A stretch of 64,000 bases of DNA from Candidatus Marinacidobacterium sp. (GCA_965220965.1 OZ244852.1:2656001-2720000), one strand, 5' to 3'. Positions 50,437 to 62,100 are shown, counted from the stretch's first letter. Made by a program: numbers and translations. Notes: a model not told the origin generated them from the sequence alone.

Positions 50437-51396
50437 CTAACCAGGAGCGTAGTAGCCGAGCTTGGTGCGGACGCGCAGGTCAGGACGGGTCGTCTGGACC
50501 ACGATGCGGCGCCAGGCGCCATCCTGCCGGGGATTGTTCGAGATGTAGCCCACGTTGTACTGGCTCTTGAGTTCTTCGGCGATGCGGTCGTACACCGACT
50601 CGAGCTCCGCCAGCTCCGCCGGGAAGTACCACTGCCCCCCGGTCTCTTCGGCGAGGTTCCTGAGGACATGCTCCGCTTCGGAGAACCGGCGGCCGCGGCG
50701 GCGCTCGGTGTTCTGGAGCGAGATCGTGTAGATCACGACGTCGGTGTCCTTGGTCAGCTCGAGCACCTGCTCGAAGGTGACGAGCGAGCTGGTGTCGCGG
50801 CCGTCGGAGAGCAGGATGATCGCCTGCCGCCGCGCCTCCATCCGCTGCCGCTCGAGCGAGCGGAGCGAGATGTACATCGCGTTGTGGAGCTTCGTCGTCC
50901 CTCCCGCCTGCGTCATCCGGATGGCGCGCTCGAGGTGGGTGTGGTCGCTCGTGAAGCGCTGCAGGATGTGGGCCTGGCTCCCGAACTCGACGATCTGCGC
51001 CGCGTCCTCGTCGCGCAGCGTCTGGGTGAACCGGACCGCGGCCTCCTGGGCGAAGCTCATCTTGTCCACCATGCTCGCCGAGGTGTCCATCAGCAGGACC
51101 ATCCGGATGGGGAGGTCCTCGTGGGAGAACGCCGAGATCTCCTGGAGGATGCCGTCCTCGTAGACCGTGAAGTCCTCCTCGAGGAGGTCGGTCACGAACC
51201 GGTTCCGGCCGTCGGTGACCGTCACGTTCAGCGAGATCAGGTCGACGGTGACCCGGAACTGGTAGGTCTGCTGGAGGAACGCCGCGACCACCGGGGAGGC
51301 GGCGGCCAGTCCCAGGACGCCGAGCGTCGCGCCGAGGCCCGCCTGAACGCGCCGGCGCCGTCGGGAGTCCGGGGTGGCGCCGGACTGCGACAACAT
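50437..51396 (-). CDS. Exported VWA-domain protein
   Basis: Signal peptide; DTSASM MIDAS; LSDGRD; LAEETGG; RTKLGYYA. Confidence 0.88.
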   Translation of the reverse strand: MLSQSGATPDSRRRRRVQAGLGATLGVLGLAAASPVVAAFLQQTYQFRVTVDLISLNVTVTDGRNRFVTDLLEEDFTVYEDGILQEISAFSHEDLPIRMVLLMDTSASMVDKMSFAQEAAVRFTQTLRDEDAAQIVEFGSQAHILQRFTSDHTHLERAIRMTQAGGTTKLHNAMYISLRSLERQRMEARRQAIILLSDGRDTSSLVTFEQVLELTKDTDVVIYTISLQNTERRRGRRFSEAEHVLRNLAEETGGQWYFPAELAELESVYDRIAEELKSQYNVGYISNNPRQDGAWRRIVVQTTRPDLRVRTKLGYYAPG

Positions 51397-51420
51397 GGCG
51401 ATCGCCTATTCTGACGCAAG

Positions 51421-51987
51421 ATGCGGACCCCGCCCCCGATACCGTCCCAGGATGCCTCCGGCGCTTCCGCCGCCGCGGTCCTCACGGCGAGCGACGGGTG
51501 CGCCGCGGGAGTCACGCCCGACCGGTCCGGGACCATCGCCCGGCGGGCCCTCGAGGCGCTGGGTTTCCGGGTCGTGGCCTCCGCCGTCGTCCCGGACGAA
51601 CTCGAGGCGATCCGCGAGCCGGTCCGGCGGTGGGCCGAGGAAGGCGTCCGGCTCGTCGTCACGACCGGCGGGACCGGGCTCGGCCCGCGCGACCGGACGC
51701 CGGAGGCGCTCGCTCCGCTGCTGGACCGCGTTCTGCCGGGCTACGGCGAGCTGCTCCGCGCCGAGGGGTTGCGGGAGACGCCGATGGCGGTGCTGTCGCG
51801 AAGCCTCGCGGGCGCCATTGGCGCCACCCTCGTCGTCGCGCTGCCCGGGAGCCCCCGGGCGGTGGAGAGCGGGCTTCGGACGCTGGCGCCGACGCTCGCC
51901 CACGCGCTGGATCTGCTCGCCGGAAAGACGCGCCACGGGCCTCGGCCTCCGGGCCGCGGCCCGGAGAGTCCCGCCCAGGGTCACTGA
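51421..51987 (+). CDS. Molybdenum cofactor biosynthesis protein MogA/MoaB family
   Basis: TASD, DRSG, TTGGTGLGPRDRTPEA, LPGSP. Confidence 0.9.
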   Translation: MRTPPPIPSQDASGASAAAVLTASDGCAAGVTPDRSGTIARRALEALGFRVVASAVVPDELEAIREPVRRWAEEGVRLVVTTGGTGLGPRDRTPEALAPLLDRVLPGYGELLRAEGLRETPMAVLSRSLAGAIGATLVVALPGSPRAVESGLRTLAPTLAHALDLLAGKTRHGPRPPGRGPESPAQGH

Positions 51988-52044
51988 TAGAATTCGGCCC
52001 TTGCATCGCCGTTCGACGCTTCGGCGCGGCGATGTCGTGTCCCG

Positions 52045-52377
52045 ATGACTCCCGAGGATCTGAGCCGTCACAAGCAGGCGCTGCTCGACAAGAAGGCCGA
52101 CGTCGAGCGGCTGGCCCAGACGCGCGCGTTCTCCCGGACGCCTCCGCACGGCGATGACGGCGATCGCTCGATGGCCGCCAACGACGATGAGATCGTGATC
52201 CAGCTTCAGCAGAACGACGCGAAGCTGCTTCGCGCCATCGACAAGGCGCTGGCCCGGGTCGAGTCGGGCGAGTTCGGCATCTGCTCCGAGTGCGACGAGG
52301 AGATCCCCCAGCCCAGGCTCGACGCCGTTCCGTGGACCCGGGTGTGCGTGCCCTGCAAGGAACGCGAGTCGGGCTAA
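52045..52377 (+). CDS. DksA/TraR C4-type zinc finger protein
   Basis: DDGD tip motif; FGICSECDEEIPQPRLDAVPWTRVCVPC. Confidence 0.9.
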   Translation: MTPEDLSRHKQALLDKKADVERLAQTRAFSRTPPHGDDGDRSMAANDDEIVIQLQQNDAKLLRAIDKALARVESGEFGICSECDEEIPQPRLDAVPWTRVCVPCKERESG

Positions 52378-52411
52378 CGTCCGGCGGTCAGCCGTCGGGC
52401 GGCTAGCAGCT

Positions 52412-53203
52412 GTGGACCTCGGGATCCGCGATCGGGTCGCTGTCGTCGCCGCCGCGAGCCAGGGGCTCGGCCGGGCCGTCGCCGACGCGCTGGCCGCCGA
52501 AGGAGTCCGTCTCGCGATCGGCGCCCGCGGCCGGGATGCGCTCGAGGCCGCCGCCGCGGAAATCCGGAAAGCGCGCGGCGTCGAGGTCCTGGCGGTCCCG
52601 CTGGATGTGGGAGACCCCGAAGCCGCCGCGAGGTTCGTCCGGGCCGCCGAGTCCCGCTTCGGGCAGGTGGACATCCTGGTCACGAACGCCGGCGGTCCGC
52701 CGCCGACCCGTCTTCGGGACACCACGCCGCAGGAGTGGGAAGACGCGCTCGGGCAGAACCTCCTGTCCTGCGTCCATCTGGTTCGGGCGGCGCTGCCGGG
52801 GATGATCTCCCGGCGATGGGGGCGGATCCTGGCCATCGCCTCGGTGTCGGTGAAGCAGCCGGTGCCGGACATCATCCTGTCGAACACCGCCCGCGCCGGA
52901 ATCGCCGGCTTCATGAAGTCCCTCGCCAACGAGGCGGCGCCATACGGGGTCCTGGCGAACGTGCTCTGCCCCGGATTCACCCGCACCGCGCGCCTGGTGG
53001 AGCTCGCGGAACACCTCGCCGCGAAGGACGGCGTGGCCACCGACGAGATCTACGCCCGGTGGTCGCGGGACATTCCGGCCGGCCGGGTCGGCGAGCCCGA
53101 GGAATTCGCGGCGGCGGCCGCGTTTCTCGCGTCCGAGCGGGCGAGCTACATCACCGGGACGGTGCTCGCCGTCGACGGAGGCCACATCCGCAGCGTGACC
53201 TGA
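52412..53203 (+). CDS. Short-chain dehydrogenase/reductase
   Basis: AASQGLG, NAGGPP, VDGG. Confidence 0.9.
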   Translation: MDLGIRDRVAVVAAASQGLGRAVADALAAEGVRLAIGARGRDALEAAAAEIRKARGVEVLAVPLDVGDPEAAARFVRAAESRFGQVDILVTNAGGPPPTRLRDTTPQEWEDALGQNLLSCVHLVRAALPGMISRRWGRILAIASVSVKQPVPDIILSNTARAGIAGFMKSLANEAAPYGVLANVLCPGFTRTARLVELAEHLAAKDGVATDEIYARWSRDIPAGRVGEPEEFAAAAAFLASERASYITGTVLAVDGGHIRSVT

Positions 53204-53357
53204 GTTTCTCCGGCGGAGGGCGCGCGCGGAGTCGCGGGCCCGTCCTCCCGGTGGGTTTCGGCGGCGGGAGACCCCGCGGCGGTTGATACGCTCGAATCGG
53301 AATGGCGCGGAGCGCGAGAGTCGATTCCCGTCTGCTCTAGACTCCGCCGCCCCACCG

Positions 53358-55673
53358 ATGCCCGCCGCCTCCTCCGCCCCCGCGCTGATCGTCGTCGAAT
53401 CGAACGCCAAGGCGAAGACCATCGCCCGGTTCCTGGGGCGCGACTACCGGGTGCTCGCCTCCGGCGGCCATGTCCGCGACCTGCCGCGCCGCGGACTCTC
53501 GGTGGACATCGAGAACGGTTTTCGTCCGCGTTTCGAGGTCGTCCCGGACCGGGCGAAGATCCTCGACGCGCTGAAGCGCGAGGCGAAGAAAGCCTCCCGC
53601 ATCTTCCTCGCCACCGATCCGGACCGGGAGGGCGAGGCGATCAGTCACGACCTCGCCGATGAGTTCCGCGCCGCGCTCGGAAGGCGACGGGCGTCGGTGC
53701 CGATCGAGCGGATCGCCTTCCACGAGATCACCCCGCCAGCCGTCCGGAGAGCGATCAGCGAGGCGGGCGAGATCGACGCCAACAAGGTTCAGGCGCAGCA
53801 GACGCGCCGCGTGCTGGACCGGATCGTGGGCTACCGGATCTCGCCGCTGCTATCGCGGAAGGTCGGACCGAGGCTCTCGGCGGGCCGCGTCCAGTCGGTC
53901 GCGCTCCGGCTCATCTGCGAGCGGGAGCGGGAGATCCGGCGCTTCCGCATGGAGGAGTACTGGACCCTCGAGGCGCATCTCCGGACGGCGTCGGGGGACC
54001 CGCTGCTCGCGATACCCGAGGTTCCGAAGAGCCTGCCAAAGGAGCCGGCCGCCCGCGAGGAGGGCGTCGCCCGCGAAATCCAGCGCCATCTCGAGAGCTG
54101 CCGGTTCCGGGTCGACGAGATCGAGCAAAAGGAGCGCCGGGACAAGGCTCCGCCGCCCTTCATCACCTCGACGATGCAGCGGCAGGCCGCTTCGGCCTTC
54201 CGCTTCCCCGCCGCGCGCACGATGCGCACCGCGCAGGCGCTCTACGAGGGAGTGGACCTGGGGTCCGGCGAAAGGGCTGGCCTGATCACCTATCTCCGGA
54301 CCGACTCGACGCGCATCTCGCAGCAGGCCCTGACCGAGGTGCGGGAGTGGATCGGCAACCGGTACGGGGCGGACGCGGTTCCGGCGCAGCCTCACCATTT
54401 CCGCAAGCAGAAGGGGGCCCAGGACGCTCACGAGGCCATCCGCCCGACTTCGGTTCAGCGAACCCCGGAGCAACTCGCGCCGTACCTGAACGACGACCAG
54501 CGCCGGCTCTACACCATGATCTGGGAACGGTTCGTGGCCTCCCAGATGAAGCCGGCCGTCTGGCTCGACACGCGAGTAACGATCCGCGCCGAGCGGGTGG
54601 ATGGGAACCCGGCGCCCGGGATCGAGGGCTTCGGAACGGCCCCGGAGCGGCTGTTCGCCACCGGGTCGGTGCTCGCGGCGCCCGGCTACCGGGTGCTCTA
54701 CCGCGAGACCGCCGAGGATGAGGGATCCGCCGACGCGCGGGAGGGCCGGGCGAGGCTCCCGGCGCTCGCGGCGGGGCAGGAACTGAGCTCGGACCGGATC
54801 CTGCCGATCTGCCACTTCACCCAGCCGCCGAAGCGATTCAGCGAGGCGGGGCTGATCCGCAAACTGGAGCAGAACGGCATCGGAAGACCCAGCACCTACG
54901 TGCCGATCCTGCGCAAGATCAAGGATCGCGAGTACGTGCGAACCAGGGCCCGGGTGTTCATCCCCACCGAAGTGGGAATGCTCGTCTCCGATCTGCTCTC
55001 CGGGTGTTTCGACGACCTCTTCAACGAGCGCTACACCGCGGCGATGGAGGAGAACCTCGACCGGATCGAGCAGGGCGACGCCGACTTCGAGGGCACGCTG
55101 ACCTCGTTCTACCGCGATTTCGTGGCGGACCTCGACCGGGCGGTCGTGCAGATGCCCCGGGTGAAGGGTCTTCCCACCGCCGAGGCGTGCGATCAGTGTG
55201 GTCGCAGCCTCGTCCTGCGCTGGAGCGGCGGCGAGAAGTTCCTCGGTTGCGAGGGGTTCCCCGAGTGCCGCGGAAGCCGGAGCCTTGGGGAAGGCCTCGA
55301 CGAGGCGGCGGATGACGCTCCGGTGTGCCCGGAGTGCGGCGCGCCGATGGCGGCGAGGCGCGGACGCTTCGGGGCGTTCCTCGGATGCAGCCGCTACCCG
55401 GAGTGCCAGACCATCCTGAAGCTCCGCGATGGACGGCTGGTGCCGCGCAAGCCGCCCGAGCCGGTCGACGGCCAGTGCCCCGAGTGCGGGAAGGGGCTCG
55501 TCCGCCGCCAGGGGCGGCGCGGACCGTTCGTGGGCTGCAGCGGCTTTCCCGCCTGTCGCTACATCCAGCCGCGACCCGGCGGACGGAAGAAGAAGGCCTC
55601 GCGGAAGCGGACGACGCGTTCGGCCGCCACCGCCTCGCGCGGCGGCCGCCGACCAGGAGCGCCGGCGCCTTGA
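53358..55673 (+). CDS. topA: DNA topoisomerase I
   Basis: LIVVES, GHVRDL, ATDPDREGEAI, SAGRVQS, LITYLRTDS, AHEAIRPT; three C-terminal zinc ribbons. Confidence 0.97.
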   Translation: MPAASSAPALIVVESNAKAKTIARFLGRDYRVLASGGHVRDLPRRGLSVDIENGFRPRFEVVPDRAKILDALKREAKKASRIFLATDPDREGEAISHDLADEFRAALGRRRASVPIERIAFHEITPPAVRRAISEAGEIDANKVQAQQTRRVLDRIVGYRISPLLSRKVGPRLSAGRVQSVALRLICEREREIRRFRMEEYWTLEAHLRTASGDPLLAIPEVPKSLPKEPAAREEGVAREIQRHLESCRFRVDEIEQKERRDKAPPPFITSTMQRQAASAFRFPAARTMRTAQALYEGVDLGSGERAGLITYLRTDSTRISQQALTEVREWIGNRYGADAVPAQPHHFRKQKGAQDAHEAIRPTSVQRTPEQLAPYLNDDQRRLYTMIWERFVASQMKPAVWLDTRVTIRAERVDGNPAPGIEGFGTAPERLFATGSVLAAPGYRVLYRETAEDEGSADAREGRARLPALAAGQELSSDRILPICHFTQPPKRFSEAGLIRKLEQNGIGRPSTYVPILRKIKDREYVRTRARVFIPTEVGMLVSDLLSGCFDDLFNERYTAAMEENLDRIEQGDADFEGTLTSFYRDFVADLDRAVVQMPRVKGLPTAEACDQCGRSLVLRWSGGEKFLGCEGFPECRGSRSLGEGLDEAADDAPVCPECGAPMAARRGRFGAFLGCSRYPECQTILKLRDGRLVPRKPPEPVDGQCPECGKGLVRRQGRRGPFVGCSGFPACRYIQPRPGGRKKKASRKRTTRSAATASRGGRRPGAPAP

Positions 55674-56641
55674 CGCCGGGGGCCGGATCCCGTCCGGCCC
55701 CCCGGCGGTCCGCCTCGCTCGCCGCCCTGACCGAGGCGTTCCTCGGCGATCTCGAGGAGCGCCGCGGCGCGTCGGAGCAGACCGTCCGCGCGTACGCCGC
55801 CGACCTGGCCCAGTTCCTCGCCTTTCTGGAAGAGCCGTCAGAAGGCGATCGGGGCGCGGACAAGGGACAGCCTTCGCCCGGGGACGTGGACGTCCACCGG
55901 CTGCGCGGGTGGCTGGCGTCGCTTCACGGGCGCGGGCTCTCCCGGACCACGGTGGCGCGCAAGCTGGCTGCGCTCCGGTCCTTCTACCGGTTCCTGGCCC
56001 GGTCCGGCGCCGCCGACTCCGACCCAGCCCGCGGGCTCCGGGCGCCCCGGTTGCCGGCGCGGCTCCCGGCCAGGGTCGAAATGGAGGAGGTCGAGGCCCT
56101 GCTCCACGCCCCGGACCCCGGCGAGCCGCTCGGCGCCCGCAATCTGGCGATGCTGGAGCTTCTCTACGGGACCGGAGTGCGGGTCTCGGAACTCGTGGGA
56201 CTCGACCTGCCCGACGTGAACCGCCGGGGACGGATCCTGCGCGTCCTTGGCAAGGGCGGGAAGGAACGCGTCGTTCCGTTCGGCGAGGTGGCGGATGACG
56301 CCCTCGGGCTGTACCTGGCCGCACGAGGCGAGCTGGTCTCGCGCGAGGGCGACGCGCTGGCGCTGTTCCTGAACCACCGGGGCGGGCGGCTCTCCGACCG
56401 GGCTGTCCGCAATGTCGTCCGGCGCTATCTCGGAGAGGCCGGGCTTCAGCGGCTCGCAGGGGTCGTCACCCCCCACACCCTGCGCCACGCCTTCGCGACC
56501 CACCTGCTCGACCGGGGCGCGGACCTGCGCGCGATCCAGGAGCTGCTCGGGCACGCCGATCTCGCCACGACCCAGAAGTACACCCACATCTCGACGACCC
56601 GGCTCATGGAGGTCTACTCCCGCTCCCACCCGCGCGACTGA
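55670..56641 (+). CDS. xerC: Tyrosine recombinase XerC-like
   Basis: TTGA overlap with topA; RVSE, GKG, HTLRH, LGH, TQKY catalytic set. Confidence 0.88.
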   Translation: MTPGAGSRPAPRRSASLAALTEAFLGDLEERRGASEQTVRAYAADLAQFLAFLEEPSEGDRGADKGQPSPGDVDVHRLRGWLASLHGRGLSRTTVARKLAALRSFYRFLARSGAADSDPARGLRAPRLPARLPARVEMEEVEALLHAPDPGEPLGARNLAMLELLYGTGVRVSELVGLDLPDVNRRGRILRVLGKGGKERVVPFGEVADDALGLYLAARGELVSREGDALALFLNHRGGRLSDRAVRNVVRRYLGEAGLQRLAGVVTPHTLRHAFATHLLDRGADLRAIQELLGHADLATTQKYTHISTTRLMEVYSRSHPRD

Positions 56642-56659
56642 GCGTCCGGAGGAGCGCAG

Positions 56660-57901
56660 TCAGTACTTCGGGATGGTGGCGCGGCCAGCGGGAGCGGCGA
56701 AGAGCCGGCGGTAGCGAGCGATCTCGCCCGGCGATCCGGTGCTCTTGCCCGGGTTGTCGCTGAGCTTCACCAGCGGACGGCCGTTCGCGGCCACCGGCTT
56801 GACCACCAGCGAGAGGGTTGGCGCTCCGCAGTCGTTGGTGAGGTTCGTGCCCCAGCCGAAGGCGACCGAGGCGTGGTCCGCGAACCGCGCGTGCAGGTCG
56901 AGGATCGTTCCCGGCTCGAGGCCGTCGCTGAACACCAGCGCCTTCTCCCGGGGGTCCACGCCGTTGTCGCGGAACCAGCCGATCACCGCCTCGCCGAACT
57001 CCTCCGGGTCCCCGGAGTCGTGGCGGACGCCGAGGAATCTCCGCGCCCGGTCTCCGGCGGCGTCGGCGAAGTAGCTCGGAGTTCCCCAGGTGTCCGTCAG
57101 GAACACCGAGAACGGCGCTCCGTACTCGTCCCACCAGGCGTCCAGCATGCGTCGCTGGGAACCCCGGACCGCTTCGTCATCCGGGCCTCCGAGCACGGCG
57201 CCGACCATGAAGATCTCGTGGGCGATCGTGCCGACGGGACGGAGGCCGTTCTCGCGCGCCGAGAGGACGCAGGACGTGCCCGTGAACTGCTCCGGCAGCT
57301 CACCGGCGAGGCGGCCCTCCAGCTCGAGCTGCCAGTCGCGGGAGAAACGCCGGCGGGTTCCGAACGAGGCGAAGCGCAGGGTGGGCCGCTCGCGGAGCTG
57401 ATGGATCTTCGCCGCCAGTCGGTCCCGGCCGAGCTCCAGGGCCTCGTCGAGCGCCCCGGCCCCCCCGGCGGCGATCGTGGCGCGGGAGATCATCTCGCTC
57501 AGGGTGGAGAGGATCAGCGTCTCCCACAGGATGACCGCCGGCCAGCACCCCTCGGTCTCCACCTCGAGTTCCGCGCCCCGGGCCTCCACCCGGAACTCCG
57601 GGAGCCGGAGGCCGGCGAGGAAGCCGAGGAAGTCCCCCTCGAACATGCCGCGGGGCTCGAGGTTCCGGAGAAAGTCGAGTTCCGCGGGTCGGAACGAGAG
57701 GTCGCGCACCGCTTCCAGAGCCTCGCGAAGGGCCTCCGGGGGCGCCAGCGCGCCGAGGTCGGCGCCCGGGGTCCGGCAGATCAGCCGGTACCGGACGCTG
57801 ACCTCGGAGTGCCGACGGAAGACGAACTGCCCCATCGTGAACTTGTAGAAGTCCACATCGAGGAGCGAGGAGACCGGAGGGGCCTCCGGTCGCGACTTCA
57901 G
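56660..57901 (-). CDS. pncB: Nicotinate phosphoribosyltransferase (start CTG 57901 or GTG 57919)
   Basis: SLLDVDFYKFTM, FGTRRRFS, GTIAHE, RHDSGDP, FSDGL, KLSDNPGK. Confidence 0.92.
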   Translation of the reverse strand: MKSRPEAPPVSSLLDVDFYKFTMGQFVFRRHSEVSVRYRLICRTPGADLGALAPPEALREALEAVRDLSFRPAELDFLRNLEPRGMFEGDFLGFLAGLRLPEFRVEARGAELEVETEGCWPAVILWETLILSTLSEMISRATIAAGGAGALDEALELGRDRLAAKIHQLRERPTLRFASFGTRRRFSRDWQLELEGRLAGELPEQFTGTSCVLSARENGLRPVGTIAHEIFMVGAVLGGPDDEAVRGSQRRMLDAWWDEYGAPFSVFLTDTWGTPSYFADAAGDRARRFLGVRHDSGDPEEFGEAVIGWFRDNGVDPREKALVFSDGLEPGTILDLHARFADHASVAFGWGTNLTNDCGAPTLSLVVKPVAANGRPLVKLSDNPGKSTGSPGEIARYRRLFAAPAGRATIPKY

Positions 57902-58938
57902 TCCGGGAATCCGGGCCACTCCCCGGGGGGCGTTCCGGTCTGAACGATCCGCATCCCGGAGCGCTCGAAGTCCCGGAACGCCTCGTCGGCGGCGTCGGTG
58001 AAGTCCGAGCCGGGCGCGACCACCGGAGAGGTCGCGTCCTCGAGCAGGTACACCCGGCCGGCGAGGCCGCCGGATCCGTCGGGGTCCCGGCGGGCGATCT
58101 CGTCGCGCAGATCGGCGACCGTCCAGGCCACGCAGTGGCTCTTCGCCTGCCCGGCGACGATCAGCGCGTCGAAGTCGAGGAGGCGGTCGAGCAGCTTCCG
58201 GTTCGGTTCGGCGATGGGCGCTCCGTCGGGGCCCTCGAGCACTTCGGGCCGCAGCACCGAGTAGTTCTCGGTGAGCGGGTTCAGGCCCTTCGTTTCGAAG
58301 ACTGGCTGTGCGGACCGGGCGATCGTGTGGAAGAACACCGCTTCCTCGATCGCCGGGACGACGGCGTGTCCGGCGCCGCCGAGCATGGCGTGGTAGGGCC
58401 AGATGACGAGCACGTACTTGCCCTGGGCCTCGAGGCGGCGGCAGTAGTGCAGCGCGTGCCGGGCCAGTTCGGCCTCGTCGAGCCCGGCGGCCGCCGCCGC
58501 CTCGGGATTCACCCGGAAGCGTCCCGATTCGAGGTCTTCCGCGGTGATCGGGGTGTACGGCGCGGGGTTCGCGCCCCCGGCGTCCAGAAAGAAATGCGGG
58601 TGGAATACCTGGATCGCCGTGTGGGTGTCGAGGGTGAGAACGATTTCGGTGATCCGGCCGAGCTCGCGGTAGAGGAACTGGCAAAGTCGCCACGAGTCCC
58701 TGACCGCTCCGAGGCCCGACCGTCCGCCCACGAACAGTTCGCCTCCGGGGAGACAGAAGGTGTTCTGGCAATCCACCAGCAGGAGCCCGATGCGGGCGGC
58801 GTCGGTGGCCGCCGGGGTGATCCCGTGCGTTCGGGCCCACCCGCGGGCCGCTTCCGCCCGTTCCTGGTAGGGGACGCGGTAGAGCCGCCCGACCCGCTCG
58901 CCGTCGAAGAAGTCCGGGATCGGAAGCGGTTTCGCCAT
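57898..58938 (-). CDS. Long nicotinamidase/isochorismatase-family cysteine hydrolase
   Basis: LLVDCQNTF, TLDTH, WPYH, ETKG, AKSHCV triad motifs; directly upstream of pncB. Confidence 0.85.
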   Translation of the reverse strand: MAKPLPIPDFFDGERVGRLYRVPYQERAEAARGWARTHGITPAATDAARIGLLLVDCQNTFCLPGGELFVGGRSGLGAVRDSWRLCQFLYRELGRITEIVLTLDTHTAIQVFHPHFFLDAGGANPAPYTPITAEDLESGRFRVNPEAAAAAGLDEAELARHALHYCRRLEAQGKYVLVIWPYHAMLGGAGHAVVPAIEEAVFFHTIARSAQPVFETKGLNPLTENYSVLRPEVLEGPDGAPIAEPNRKLLDRLLDFDALIVAGQAKSHCVAWTVADLRDEIARRDPDGSGGLAGRVYLLEDATSPVVAPGSDFTDAADEAFRDFERSGMRIVQTGTPPGEWPGFPD

Positions 58939-59020
58939 GCGCTGGATGAGGCCCGCCGCTCCCCGGGGAGGGGCTGGAGGCCGCCACGCAAACCCCCCGG
59001 AGACGCAGTGACGGGACTAG

Positions 59021-60340
<1,320 letters not shown>

Positions 60341-60379
60341 TCGACTGGCGCGCAACGGTGTAGCGCGCCGCCGGGGCGT

Positions 60380-60841
60380 TCACTTCTCCAGCGAAGTGAA
60401 ACCCTTCCAGCCGGGGAGCGCCGCGGCCTGCCGGACCCAGTCGGCGAGCTGCTCCTCGTCGAACTCGCCCTCGTGGATGTTGAACCAGCGCGCGTCCGGA
60501 TCCTTGCCGACCCCCGGCGGAAGCGGCCGCAGCGACTTGCCTTCGAAAAACGTCACCTTGATGTAGCGGGCGAAGACGTGGGTGTTCAGGAACCACCCCT
60601 GTCCCTCGACGCCGTAGAAGGGCGAGTTCCAGCGCACGGCCTTGCGGACTCCCGGGACGGTGCGCTCGATGAGTTCGTCCAGGCGCCGGCCGATCCCGCT
60701 CTTCCAGCCCGGCATCGCGGCGATATAGGCCTGCACCGGGGCGTCGCCGTCCGCCTTGGCGATCTGGGGGTTGCCCCCCGAGAGCAGCACCGGTCCCCCT
60801 TCGGCCGTGGGAGCGGGCGGCCTCGACGTTCGCCTGGGCAT
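60380..60841 (-). CDS. DUF1801 (YdhG-like) domain protein
   Basis: LLSGGNPQIAKADGDAPVQAYIAAMPGWK, KAVRWNSPFYG; GGAGG upstream. Confidence 0.8.
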   Translation of the reverse strand: MPRRTSRPPAPTAEGGPVLLSGGNPQIAKADGDAPVQAYIAAMPGWKSGIGRRLDELIERTVPGVRKAVRWNSPFYGVEGQGWFLNTHVFARYIKVTFFEGKSLRPLPPGVGKDPDARWFNIHEGEFDEEQLADWVRQAAALPGWKGFTSLEK

Positions 60842-61025
60842 GGTTCCCTCCGTTGCGGGTCAGAGTCTCGCATAGCGAGGGTCATCCGGTCGCCGAGGTT
60901 CTCTACGATCGGGACGCGGGTCGACTGACTCGAACCTGACGGGCGCGACGAGCCCGTCCGCGGCCCTTCGAGGCCGGTCCGGACTGGCGCCGACTCACGC
61001 CAGCCGGTGACCGAGGGCTACCGCG

Positions 61026-61113
61026 TGGCGGAGGGAGGGGGATTCGAACCCCCGGACCCTGGCGGGTCAGTGGTTTTCAAGACCACCGCCTTCGTCCGCT
61101 CGGCCATCCCTCC
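61026..61113 (-). tRNA. tRNA-Ser (TGA)
   Basis: GGAGGGA acceptor stem, anticodon loop CT-TGA-AA, long variable arm, GGTTCGAATCC, encoded CCA. Confidence 0.96.
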
Positions 61114-61155
61114 GATATCGGACCGGCTGCGGGGGCCGGGACTCGTGGACTCGAT

Positions 61156-62100
61156 CTAGGGCTTCGGGAGCGCGGCGAGCATCTGTTCGGCGGTCGCCGC
61201 GGCGACGCTGCCGGGCTCGACCTCGATCGCCATGTTGAGGTGCTCGGCGGCGGTCTCCAGGTTCCCCTGGTTCAGGTACACCATCGCGATCTGGAGGTGC
61301 GGCTCCGCCCAGTCGAGCTTCCGCTCGGCGGCCACCTCGTAGTACTCGATCGCCTTGTCCATCTCGCCGTTCTGGAAATAGATCTGTCCGACGTTGAACG
61401 GGATCACTTCGTCATCCGTCGAGTTGACGGCCTGCTCGAAGTATCCGACGGCCTCGTCGAGGTCGCCGGCCCCGACCGCGATGTTCGCCATCGAGACGAG
61501 GGCCCCGGCGTGCGCGGGCTCCTGGTCGAGGACGATCTGGTAGGCCGCCTTGGCCTCGTCCATCCGGTTCAGCTCGCGCAGGACCGCGCCGCGGTTCAGA
61601 TTGATCTGGTAGACCGTGGGATCGGCGGCCAGGATTTCGTCGTACTTGACGAGCGCCTCGTCAAACCGGCCGGCGGTGTGGAGCTCCTGCGCCTCGGCGA
61701 GCAGACCTCCGCCGGTTCCCGCCGACCGCCCCATCTGGGCCCGCTCCAGGACCAGATCCATGTCCGGGTTCTGCCCGGCCTGACGCATTGGCGCCTGGTA
61801 GTTGTAGGGCATGAACCCGGGCGCGGACGCGGAGAAATCGTAGGTGCGGCTCCGGAACCCGAGGATCGCCCAGCGACCCCGGTCGTCCGTCGTCGCCTCC
61901 AGCACGCGGGCCGAATCGCCGGCGCTCGCGGTGACCGTGGCGCCCTCGATCGGGTTGCCGTCCTGGTCCTTCACGGTCCCCGAGACGCGACCGGTGCCCA
62001 TCTGGGCCAGGGCGGTTGTCGCGAGCAGGGTCAGCGCCAGGCCAGCGCCGAACGAGGCTCCGGCGACGCGCCGGATCCGGGTTTCCTGGTTCATGGTCAT
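61156..62100 (-). CDS. Exported protein with carboxypeptidase-regulatory-like domain and TPRs
   Basis: ATG 62100 after GGAGA; signal peptide; [20 protein letters not shown]; TPR repeats. Confidence 0.85.
   Translation of the reverse strand: MTMNQETRIRRVAGASFGAGLALTLLATTALAQMGTGRVSGTVKDQDGNPIEGATVTASAGDSARVLEATTDDRGRWAILGFRSRTYDFSASAPGFMPYNYQAPMRQAGQNPDMDLVLERAQMGRSAGTGGGLLAEAQELHTAGRFDEALVKYDEILAADPTVYQINLNRGAVLRELNRMDEAKAAYQIVLDQEPAHAGALVSMANIAVGAGDLDEAVGYFEQAVNSTDDEVIPFNVGQIYFQNGEMDKAIEYYEVAAERKLDWAEPHLQIAMVYLNQGNLETAAEHLNMAIEVEPGSVAAATAEQMLAALPKP

Noticed and set aside
49288-51396. dGTPase plus VWA as an antiphage defence pair
   Set aside because: The dGTPase looks like the short housekeeping Dgt-like type, the VWA protein is exported, and the neighbours are core genes (mog, dksA-like, topA)
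55670-56641. Tyrosine recombinase as a phage or island integrase
   Set aside because: Coupled to topA in the usual topA-xerC housekeeping context, XerC-like size, no att repeats or mobile genes adjacent
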